Below the pieces are notes generated by a model, which was given only the letters and a program-made list of their open reading frames with translations, did no database searches and had not been told where the DNA came from. A DNA stretch of 61,267 nt from NCBI GenBank assembly GCA_964462115.1, contig CAYWWA010000001.1, positions 25,795 to 87,061 of the forward strand. The letters run 5' to 3'. Below are positions 10,949 through 18,314 of this stretch, piece by piece. Position 1 is the first letter of the stretch; each line of letters opens with the position of its first letter. Origin of the DNA: an uncultured Candidatus Saccharibacteria bacterium. Lineage in GTDB: Bacteria > Patescibacteriota > Minisyncoccia > Phycocordibacterales > CAIZIN01. A program made the translations under genes and the position numbers.

Positions 10949-12133
10949 TTACTTCTTACTGCACATCAAAGTTAGCAGCGGTGAAGCTTCGGCGGCAGCA
11001 CATTTACTGTCAGCTAAAACATATTCTGAGGTGCTGACGCTGGCCTTACCTTGATAAGAAAAGATAATCCATTCATCAGTGTTTAAATAGCCCTTGCCAA
11101 AAGTGGTGCCCGAAAAATCTCCCACCCACACAATCTTAGTAAAGCTTGGTGCTACTACCAAAACTCCATCCTTAGATACGATACCCCATTTCCCGTCTTT
11201 CTCTACCTGCAATTCACCATTACCCAATTCAATTTGCTGAGCAAAACCACTTAAGGTTGGAATGGTTTCATCACCTTTAATAGCATCTTGAGCTTTCTTA
11301 ATTTCTGCTTCTTGTTTTTTGATTTTATCAGCTGCCTCGTTCTCAAAAGTCTGGGCTAAATATTCTACTAGACTATCTTTAAGTAGTAATGGTTTAAGAT
11401 CGCTCCAGCTAACAAAAACCTTAGTCCAATGACCTAATTCTTGCTCCGTAAAGAGCCAGACTATTCCACTGTTGGAAATATAAAAATTACTATTGGCTTT
11501 TAAATTATTTGTTTTGTATCCATCATTTTCTAATTCAGCTTCCGCGATGAAACTTTGAGCGAATTCTGGTTGATCATCCAAGTCTAAGGTATTAACTCGG
11601 GTTTTAAACAAACTCGCTAATTCAATAATTTTATCACTTTTAAATAAATCACTTTCATTTAAAAGTTTTTTGCCAGCGATATCAAAAGTATAATATTGAT
11701 AGCTAAAACTATCATTGTCTAAGAAATAATTATTGGCATATTTTTCCAAACTAATTATCTTGCCATCATTAAAAATATCATTGACACTTAGAGTCCAATC
11801 ACAGTCGTCAGCTTCAGCTACACATTCAGGATGAGTTGAGACTGTAGAACTGGCTTGGCTCTGTAAAAATATGGTTAAATCGGTAGTAGAAGCCAACACA
11901 AAATCTGGGAAAAGATTATTAACTACAACACTGTATAGAGCAGAGCTTTTAGCTGGTAAATTTAAACTATAACTAACAAAATCTTTTTCAATTCTAGTTT
12001 TAACTAAAGTTAAGCTGTCTTTAACTGCTACACCTGTTCCATCTTTTTTGGTTAAAATACCAGCCACAAACCCAATAACGACAATTAAAATAGCGGCCAA
12101 GACCACATACAAACCTGTTTTATTTTTCGGCAT
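10949..12133 (-). CDS. Membrane-anchored hypothetical protein with a C-terminal WG-type repeat
   Basis: 394 aa with an N-terminal TM (LYVVLAAILIVVIGFVAGIL). The C-terminal KDGKWGIVSKDGVLVVAPSF resembles KWG/WG beta repeats. Confidence 0.6.
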   Translation of the reverse strand: MPKNKTGLYVVLAAILIVVIGFVAGILTKKDGTGVAVKDSLTLVKTRIEKDFVSYSLNLPAKSSALYSVVVNNLFPDFVLASTTDLTIFLQSQASSTVSTHPECVAEADDCDWTLSVNDIFNDGKIISLEKYANNYFLDNDSFSYQYYTFDIAGKKLLNESDLFKSDKIIELASLFKTRVNTLDLDDQPEFAQSFIAEAELENDGYKTNNLKANSNFYISNSGIVWLFTEQELGHWTKVFVSWSDLKPLLLKDSLVEYLAQTFENEAADKIKKQEAEIKKAQDAIKGDETIPTLSGFAQQIELGNGELQVEKDGKWGIVSKDGVLVVAPSFTKIVWVGDFSGTTFGKGYLNTDEWIIFSYQGKASVSTSEYVLADSKCAAAEASPLLTLMCSKK

Positions 12134-12209
12134 AATTCGGATATTAAAACACGAAATGCATAAAAAATAAAGTTCTAATCTAAATTATTTTCTTGGTCTA
12201 ACTTAATAA

Positions 12210-12254
12210 AAAAAATAAAAAAGACCCCGACTTCAGCTTAGCTAAGTGGGGTCT
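12210..12254 (-). terminator. Rho-independent terminator of the 163-aa gene
   Basis: agacccc...ggggtct stem followed by a long T-run on the minus strand. Confidence 0.7.
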
Positions 12255-12258
12255 GCGA

Positions 12259-12750
12259 TTATTTTTTGATGGCCAAGGCAAAACCGCCGCCATCGTGCTT
12301 GGTCTGGTGGGAAAGATTTTTGAGACCTAAGAGTTTGTGTCCGTGGTTCCGACCCCAGCCCACCACTCCGCTGCCGACATCCATGGGGAGCTCTGTGCCC
12401 AGAGCCAACCAGTACCATTTGAGTTTGGTGACCATTTTTCCCTCTCTGTCGGGGTAAGTGAAGTCGCGTTCGGTTAGGTTTTGTACTTCACCTACCTTAT
12501 GCACGAAATAGAAGAGTTCGGCCATGTTGGCTGGACGATATCCTTGTCTATCCATTGCGTCTATAGTGGTGGACCAAGTAGGATAAACATCAGTACTAAA
12601 ATCTAAGTAATTATACTGAGACAAGTCTTCTTCTACACTAAGAGGAAACGCCTGCTTGGTGCCGGCCAGCAGAAATGGGCTGGTGTAGTCCAGATGGCCC
12701 AAATTTCTTATCATCTCAAGGACAGCATCCTCATTTGAAATGAGTATCAT
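12259..12750 (-). CDS. Hypothetical protein homologous to the C-terminal module of the AAA+ protein at 43598-45871
   Basis: 163 aa. QGYRPANMAELFYF...QNLTERDFTYPDREG...KLKWYW...GGGFALAIKK aligns with the AAA+ C-terminus. AGGAG SD lies 6 nt upstream of the ATG. Visibly GC-richer than its flanks. Confidence 0.75.
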   Translation of the reverse strand: MILISNEDAVLEMIRNLGHLDYTSPFLLAGTKQAFPLSVEEDLSQYNYLDFSTDVYPTWSTTIDAMDRQGYRPANMAELFYFVHKVGEVQNLTERDFTYPDREGKMVTKLKWYWLALGTELPMDVGSGVVGWGRNHGHKLLGLKNLSHQTKHDGGGFALAIKK

Positions 12751-12912
12751 TTTTTTCTCCTTTTTAAAAGAACCTGTGGGTTTGCCTTTTAGTAATTTGA
12801 TAGTAAATAATTACTTTTTTACTTAAACAAAACACCTGTCTTGCCAAGAAAAGACTAACTAAAACTCTTTTTATTATATCATATATTAAAAATTAAGTCA
12901 AATATAAGACTC

Positions 12913-13920
12913 TTAAACCACCAAAAATAGTTTACTGCCCTTTTTATCATTTTGATCATAATACTGCATCCCCACAAATTTAGCTTCACCCCGTAAAACT
13001 TTTTCTAAATCACGACAACAATAGCAACCAGCCTCTCCTCTAGGACACTGGAAAATATTTTTTTGTTTAAGCTCTTCACTAACCACTTGCTCTTTCGCCT
13101 GCCACCTGTCTCCAATCTGTCTAATCCGCTCTTCGGTTTTTTGGTTTAACTCCTGTCGCTTCGCGTTAACTTGTTGGGCCACCGCAAAAACTTTTTCAAA
13201 GGCATCCCGTTCTAATGGTAATTCTTTTTGTTTAACTTCCCCACTTTCTAAATACCAATAAAAAGCTTGGTCTACCATAAAATTCTCTTGCCACCAGGAT
13301 TTTTTATTGGGCTGTTCTTGGCGTAAACGATTGATATAGTGTATCAACAATAGTTGATAAATTGGCAACTGCAAAGATTCCTCCTCTTCTTCTTTGCCTC
13401 CTTTATTGGTTTTAAAATCATAAATAGAAATCACAGCTTGACCGTTTTCTAAGTGATAATAGAGCCAATCAATTTTACCGCACAAGATAATATTCTCTTC
13501 TTCAGATAAATAAAAATTAGGCAACATACCATTTAAAGTATCCGGCAGCAAAACTCTTTTCTCAGTTAAGACTTTAGGATCGGCAATTACTTGTTCAATC
13601 ATAGCTTTACCGCGGGCAAAAAATTCCTGCTCTTGCTCCACACTCAAAAAACCACCTTTCTCGCCAGAAACTTTTTGCCACTCCTGTTCAAACTGTTTGA
13701 CAATTTTTTCGGGATCATTAAATCTTTGGTTAGACGCCAACAAACCCAAACTTTCTACCACATTATGCACTGTTGAGCCTAGAGATAGAGCGGGTGAAGC
13801 AATAGTAATTTTTGTGCCATTATCTTTATAGATATTTTTCAGAAAATAAGCCCGAGGACATTTCATAAAATCCCCCATAGAAGAATGGGACACCCAGGTA
13901 GCGTTATATTTATCTGCCAT
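12913..13920 (-). CDS. PD-(D/E)XK nuclease, Cas4/RecB-like with a Cys cluster
   Basis: 335 aa. Has an N-terminal WVSHSSMGDFMKCPRAYFLK and a C-terminal CPRGEAGCYCC, which is the four-Cys Fe-S pattern of Cas4/AddB-type nucleases. TGCTAAAAT-N6-ATG lies upstream. Confidence 0.7.
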   Translation of the reverse strand: MADKYNATWVSHSSMGDFMKCPRAYFLKNIYKDNGTKITIASPALSLGSTVHNVVESLGLLASNQRFNDPEKIVKQFEQEWQKVSGEKGGFLSVEQEQEFFARGKAMIEQVIADPKVLTEKRVLLPDTLNGMLPNFYLSEEENIILCGKIDWLYYHLENGQAVISIYDFKTNKGGKEEEEESLQLPIYQLLLIHYINRLRQEQPNKKSWWQENFMVDQAFYWYLESGEVKQKELPLERDAFEKVFAVAQQVNAKRQELNQKTEERIRQIGDRWQAKEQVVSEELKQKNIFQCPRGEAGCYCCRDLEKVLRGEAKFVGMQYYDQNDKKGSKLFLVV

Positions 13921-13987
13921 AAGATTATTTTAGCACAAAAACAAAAAACATTCCCTATCGAATGTTTTTTGTTTGGTATTTAGTGTT

Positions 13988-14977
13988 TTAACAATTACCT
14001 TGAAGCTCAGCAGAAGCATCGCCAAGTTTTTCGTTACAGATTTCTGGTGGATTAACCATTGCGTCACAGACCGCATTTTTTACTGCTTCTGCGCTTCGTC
14101 CTACCTCAGCCTTAACTCCGTTAATCACTACAGTAGGAGAACCAGAGATGCCATATTGACTGGACAGCGCTCGAGCATTGCTAAACAGTTCATCACCTTT
14201 TGTAGTTACGCATTCTAAGACCTTATCACTATCAATTCCAAGGGCAGTCATAGCTTTAACGGAAGCATTTTTATCACACTCTTCAGTTTTTACGTCAGCA
14301 CAAGCTGGGTAAACCTCATCAACTACCTTTTTAGAATATGACCAAACTTTATCTGGGGCAACTTCTTGCATACATAATTCAATTTTATTTTGTTGATTTT
14401 CATAGGCACCGTGACCATCATGGAAAGGCACTAAACTAAAATCAGCATAATCTCTAAATAGAGCAGCAACTTCAGTAAATGGTCCTTGCATCTGGATACC
14501 ATAAGGACAATAAGACCAGATAAATAATTCTACCTTTGGACGTTCAGACTTCTCAACTACAGCAACTGGCTCAGGTAGGGCTTGGGTATAGTCAATGATT
14601 TGACCGTAAACCAACTTACTACCATCGCGAGAAATGTAAATCTTACCCAACTCGGTAGGAGTAGCATTATTTAAAGTAGAAGCATCTAAAACATTAACCT
14701 CTTGCAGAGAAATTTTATTACCAACCTTTAGAGATATTAGATCACTTTTTTCGCCAGTTTGCTCCAATAGATAATCTACTTTTTCTAGTGCCAACTCTCT
14801 AGTTGAAAAATCTTTAGCTGAAAAAACAATTACTGCAATTAAGACTACTAATATAACTCCAATCGACAAACCGCTCCAAAAAACCTTGTTTTTGTGGATT
14901 TTGTGATGTCGTTTAGTGTGATGTTCGGTGTGTGAACCGTCATGATTGGCTGATAAATTAGTTTCTTGTTCTGACAT
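13988..14977 (-). CDS. Membrane-anchored thioredoxin-fold (DsbA-like) thiol-disulfide oxidoreductase
   Basis: CPYG active-site motif (WSYCPYGIQ) and an N-terminal His-rich tail plus TM. I chose the start at MSEQETN (14977). The ORF-track extension to 15109 looks non-coding. Confidence 0.7.
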   Translation of the reverse strand: MSEQETNLSANHDGSHTEHHTKRHHKIHKNKVFWSGLSIGVILVVLIAVIVFSAKDFSTRELALEKVDYLLEQTGEKSDLISLKVGNKISLQEVNVLDASTLNNATPTELGKIYISRDGSKLVYGQIIDYTQALPEPVAVVEKSERPKVELFIWSYCPYGIQMQGPFTEVAALFRDYADFSLVPFHDGHGAYENQQNKIELCMQEVAPDKVWSYSKKVVDEVYPACADVKTEECDKNASVKAMTALGIDSDKVLECVTTKGDELFSNARALSSQYGISGSPTVVINGVKAEVGRSAEAVKNAVCDAMVNPPEICNEKLGDASAELQGNC

Positions 14978-15160
14978 TGAATAAAATATAAAAATTATTT
15001 TTAATGGTGACATTATAGAAAAAAAATGACTTTTGGTCAATTTTTTTGTTTGTTTCGCTATTATATATATCTTTAAAGGGTTTATTGCATTTTTTATCTT
15101 TAATCTCAATAAGATTGAGATATTTTCCTTTACTTAAAAGTCTGTTATACTTGTAACATT

Positions 15161-16033
15161 ATGCCTGAACTACCAGAAGTTGAAACAGTTAAGTTGGGAC
15201 TAGAAAAAGTTATCCGAGCTAAGAAGATTTTAACCACCGAAATCTTTTGGAAGAAATCATTCCCCTATTCAACAAAATTTTTACAAGATAATTTATATCA
15301 ACAGAAAATAATCAAAGTTAGGCGCCGAGCTAAAATTTTGATTATTGATCTTGAGAATAGTTTTTCTCTACTTTTCCATCTTAAAATGACGGGACAAATA
15401 ATTTTTGTTAAAAATGATAAACGAGTTGCTGGTGGTCACCCTAATGATAGCTTCATACACGGTTTACCTGATAAAAGCACTCGGGTCGTATTTAATTTTA
15501 ATGATGGGTCAAAATTGTTTTTTAATGATCAAAGAAAATTTGGCTGGATTAAGTTTTTACCAACCGCCGAAATTAAACAAGAAAAATTTATGATGAGTGT
15601 CGGACCAGAGCCTTTGACAGATAGGTGGACTTGGCAAGAACTGAAGGCTCGAGCGATGCGACATCAAAATTCTAAAATTAAAACTACTATTTTAGATCAA
15701 ACCGTAGTAGCTGGCGTGGGCAATATTTATGCTGTGGAGAGCTTATGGCAAGCTAAAATTCACCCCTTAAAATTAGTCAAAGATTTAAAAGATAGTGAGT
15801 GGAAAAAACTATGGCAAGCGATTAGAGAGACTATGACCCAATCAATTAAAAGTGGTGGGTCATCGTTAAAAAATTATGTCAAAGCCGATGGACAAAAAGG
15901 AGACTATTTAAAATTGTTTGCCAAACTTTATAATAAAGAAGGTAATAAATGTCCTAGATGTAAAACTCTAATTACTAAAATTAAGGTGGCGGGACGAGGC
16001 ACTTATCTTTGTGCCCAGTGTCAGAAAATTTGA
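15161..16033 (+). CDS. mutM: Formamidopyrimidine-DNA glycosylase (Fpg/MutM)
   Basis: Has the MPELPEVE catalytic N-terminus and a C-terminal zinc finger CPRC...CAQC. TGTTATACT-N9-ATG lies upstream. Confidence 0.93.
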   Translation: MPELPEVETVKLGLEKVIRAKKILTTEIFWKKSFPYSTKFLQDNLYQQKIIKVRRRAKILIIDLENSFSLLFHLKMTGQIIFVKNDKRVAGGHPNDSFIHGLPDKSTRVVFNFNDGSKLFFNDQRKFGWIKFLPTAEIKQEKFMMSVGPEPLTDRWTWQELKARAMRHQNSKIKTTILDQTVVAGVGNIYAVESLWQAKIHPLKLVKDLKDSEWKKLWQAIRETMTQSIKSGGSSLKNYVKADGQKGDYLKLFAKLYNKEGNKCPRCKTLITKIKVAGRGTYLCAQCQKI

Positions 16034-16069
16034 TTTAATCACTATTTTTTGCTATACTTTTTTGGTCCA

Positions 16070-16142
16070 GCCAGCTTAGCTCAGTTGGTAGAGCAACTGT
16101 TTTGTAAACAGTAGGTCGTGGGTTCAAATCCCTCAGCTGGCT
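16070..16142 (+). tRNA. tRNA-Thr (anticodon UGU)
   Basis: 73-nt cloverleaf folded by hand: acceptor gccagct/agctggc, D arm gctc-agttggta-gagc, anticodon loop ttTGTaa, T loop ttcaaat. There is one U-U mismatch in the T stem and no encoded CCA. TGCTATACT lies 11 nt upstream. Confidence 0.88.
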
Positions 16143-16320
16143 CATTTGATAATAAATATTACTTAGCTCTAATAAACAGACCAGCTCTGGTTTTATTGAT
16201 AGCCGAGTGTTAGCATCACTCGGCGTTTAGGGATTTGAAAAGTTTACTTAGACGGTAGATTTTTGTGAAGCAAGGCGAAACAAAAACCGCACGGCAAGTA
16301 AACTATACTGAACTTGTAAA

Positions 16321-16343
16321 GTTCAAATCCCTCAGCTGGCTCA
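16321..16343 (+). repeat. Exact 23-nt duplicate of the tRNA-Thr 3' end (att-like scar)
   Basis: gttcaaatccctcagctggctca occurs at 16122-16144 and again at 16321-16343. The second copy has no 5' half that could form a tRNA. Confidence 0.85.
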
Positions 16344-16390
16344 ATTAATTTAAAACCAAACCTCGTTGGTATCGCCAGCAATATTTATTT

Positions 16391-17635
16391 TCATTTTATT
16401 ATTTTTAACAAATCTTCAAACGAAGTATTTTGTGTTGCGCCGGTTTGACGATGTTTAAGTTCTAGCTTGCCAGTTTCTAAAGTTTTGTTGGAGACAATTA
16501 CTCGCCAAGGGATGCCTAGTAAATCACTGTCAGCAAATTTTTCACCAGCTCTTAGCCTTCTATCGTCCCACAACACCTCAATATTCTTATCTTGCAAATC
16601 ATTGTAAATTTTTTCTGCCTCCGACAAAACCTTTTCATCATTACCGAGCGAAACTAAATGCAGCTTAAACGGAGCGATATTTTCTGGAAAAACTAAACCT
16701 TGCTCATCAGAAAACTTCTCTGTAATCACACCCAGAAGACGTGTAATACCAATACCATAAGAACCAAGATAAACAGGTTGTGATTCACCTTTTTCAGTCA
16801 CAAATTCAAATTTCATATCACGAGCTTTATCGGCACCAAAGTTAAAAATATTCCCCACCTCCGCAGATTTTACTTTTTCAAGTTTGTTACGATCAAGTTT
16901 TAATTCTTGAATTGCCTCTTCCAAAACTTCTTCATTGATACCAATATTTTTTTCTCGATCGATGTAAAGATAGTCTTCACCTGCTTCACAAACTGTTTGA
17001 AACTCATGAGAAAATTTGGTGAAAGCGCCGCCAGAAGCAAAGGTTACAAAAGTATCTTGACCGATACCTAAACGATCAAATATTTTCTGATAAACCTGAA
17101 TCATTTGATCATAAAATTTTTGTAAATCCTCTGCCGAAGTATGCAAAGAATACATATCCTTCATTAAAAATTCTCTACCACGCATAATGCCAGATTTGGC
17201 TCGTTTTTCATTACGCAGTTTCCATTGAAACTGATAGACAGATACTGGTAAGTCGCGATAAGAAGCAATGTGTTGCCTCATCATTTCTACCACTGCTTCT
17301 TCATGAGACCAAGCAAAACCAACTTCGTCTCCAGTCTTAATTTTAGATTTGAACCAAACATCTACCACCTCATCTGACCAACGAGTTGTTTTTTCCCAAC
17401 GATCTTTTGGTTGTAAAGATGAAAGAGATAATTCTTGACCGCCAATCTGATCCATTTCTTCGCGCACAATTTGTTTAATTTTTTCAATCGCGCGAAAACC
17501 AAGCGGTAATAATGAATAAACTCCGGCCATTTCCTTGTTAATATAACCAGCTCGCACAAGCAGTTGGGCGTTTTTAGAAACTTCATCTTTTAGGTTTTCT
17601 TTACGAGTTTTAGTAAATAGTTGTGACTGTTTCAT
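16391..17635 (-). CDS. proS: Prolyl-tRNA synthetase (short form without an editing insert)
   Basis: MKQSQLFTKTRKE...AQLLVRAGYI...GVYSLLPLG, a class II core, and a C-terminal anticodon-binding domain. I chose the start at MKQSQLF. Confidence 0.9.
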   Translation of the reverse strand: MKQSQLFTKTRKENLKDEVSKNAQLLVRAGYINKEMAGVYSLLPLGFRAIEKIKQIVREEMDQIGGQELSLSSLQPKDRWEKTTRWSDEVVDVWFKSKIKTGDEVGFAWSHEEAVVEMMRQHIASYRDLPVSVYQFQWKLRNEKRAKSGIMRGREFLMKDMYSLHTSAEDLQKFYDQMIQVYQKIFDRLGIGQDTFVTFASGGAFTKFSHEFQTVCEAGEDYLYIDREKNIGINEEVLEEAIQELKLDRNKLEKVKSAEVGNIFNFGADKARDMKFEFVTEKGESQPVYLGSYGIGITRLLGVITEKFSDEQGLVFPENIAPFKLHLVSLGNDEKVLSEAEKIYNDLQDKNIEVLWDDRRLRAGEKFADSDLLGIPWRVIVSNKTLETGKLELKHRQTGATQNTSFEDLLKIIK

Positions 17636-17718
17636 CACTAAATAATAACCTAAAATATAAGAAAAGACAAAATCCACATTTTTAGCTCCTAAAGTGGGTT
17701 TTGTTTTATAATGAGAAT

Positions 17719-18168
17719 ATGAGTAAAAAAATAATTTGGTCGGGAGTGTTACTAATTATTATTGCTATAATAATTTTTATCGCTTGGCCTGATAAAAAAA
17801 CAGATAGTCAATTTCCGTTAGCTCAGCAAATAATTGGTGAGTGGACCTTATATTCTTTCAATGATGAATTATTAGATTTAAGCAATGCTTCCAACACTAA
17901 TAAAATAACCATCAGTCAAGATAATATTTCTGGTAATTTCTGTAATGTGTTTGGGAGTGATCAATATCAAATTGATATAGAAAGCAACATCCTCACAGCC
18001 AGCACTATGAGTACCCAGATGTTTTGCGATGATGAAGTAAAAATGAAAGCAGAACAAGCCATGCTAACTGGTTTATATTACGGATTTGATACAGCTATTA
18101 GCCGCAACAATGAATTGATTTTAGAAGATGTAGATAATTTATTAGTTTTTATTTCTAACAACGAATAG
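17719..18168 (+). CDS. META-domain (HslJ-like) protein, membrane anchored
   Basis: N-terminal TM, then ISGNFCNVFGSDQYQI...TQMFCDDE, typical of META/DUF306. TATAAT-N6-ATG supports the start at MSKK (17719). Confidence 0.65.
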   Translation: MSKKIIWSGVLLIIIAIIIFIAWPDKKTDSQFPLAQQIIGEWTLYSFNDELLDLSNASNTNKITISQDNISGNFCNVFGSDQYQIDIESNILTASTMSTQMFCDDEVKMKAEQAMLTGLYYGFDTAISRNNELILEDVDNLLVFISNNE

Positions 18169-18171
18169 CCT

Positions 18172-18246
18172 ATGGTGATTGGCAATATTGTCGGTTTAAT
18201 AATTTTAGGAGCAGTTAGTTATATCACTTACAAGCAGTCAACTTAA
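18172..18246 (+). CDS. Possible 24-aa single-TM micropeptide (MVIGNIVGLIILGAVSYITYKQST)
   Basis: The ATG lies 4 nt after the META gene stop, and the ORF ends just before the shared terminator. The peptide is hydrophobic. No other support. Confidence 0.3.
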   Translation: MVIGNIVGLIILGAVSYITYKQST

Positions 18247-18263
18247 ATAAGTGACCTGAATAT

Positions 18264-18295
18264 AAAAAACACCTTAATCTTAAAGGTGTTTTTTA
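18264..18295. terminator. Bidirectional rho-independent terminator between convergent genes
   Basis: aaaaacacctt-aatct-taaaggtgttttt hairpin flanked by A and T runs. Confidence 0.75.
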
Positions 18296-18314
18296 TACTA
18301 GAGCTTTACTTCTC

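Noticed and set aside
14978-15109. N-terminal extensions offered by the ORF track (also 32892-33020, 30943-31026, 17636-17677, 22257-22292, 50354-50362, 52238-52273).
   Set aside because: The extensions translate to implausible Ile/Phe/Lys-rich peptides and overlap promoter-like -10 boxes. Internal ATGs sit at the characteristic 6-10 nt after a TGnTATAAT box or begin recognisable N-termini.
16145-16320. An intact integrated mobile element or prophage at tRNA-Thr.
   Set aside because: The segment between the direct repeats is only 176 bp with no ORF. No integrase, transposase or phage genes occur nearby. At most it is a scar.
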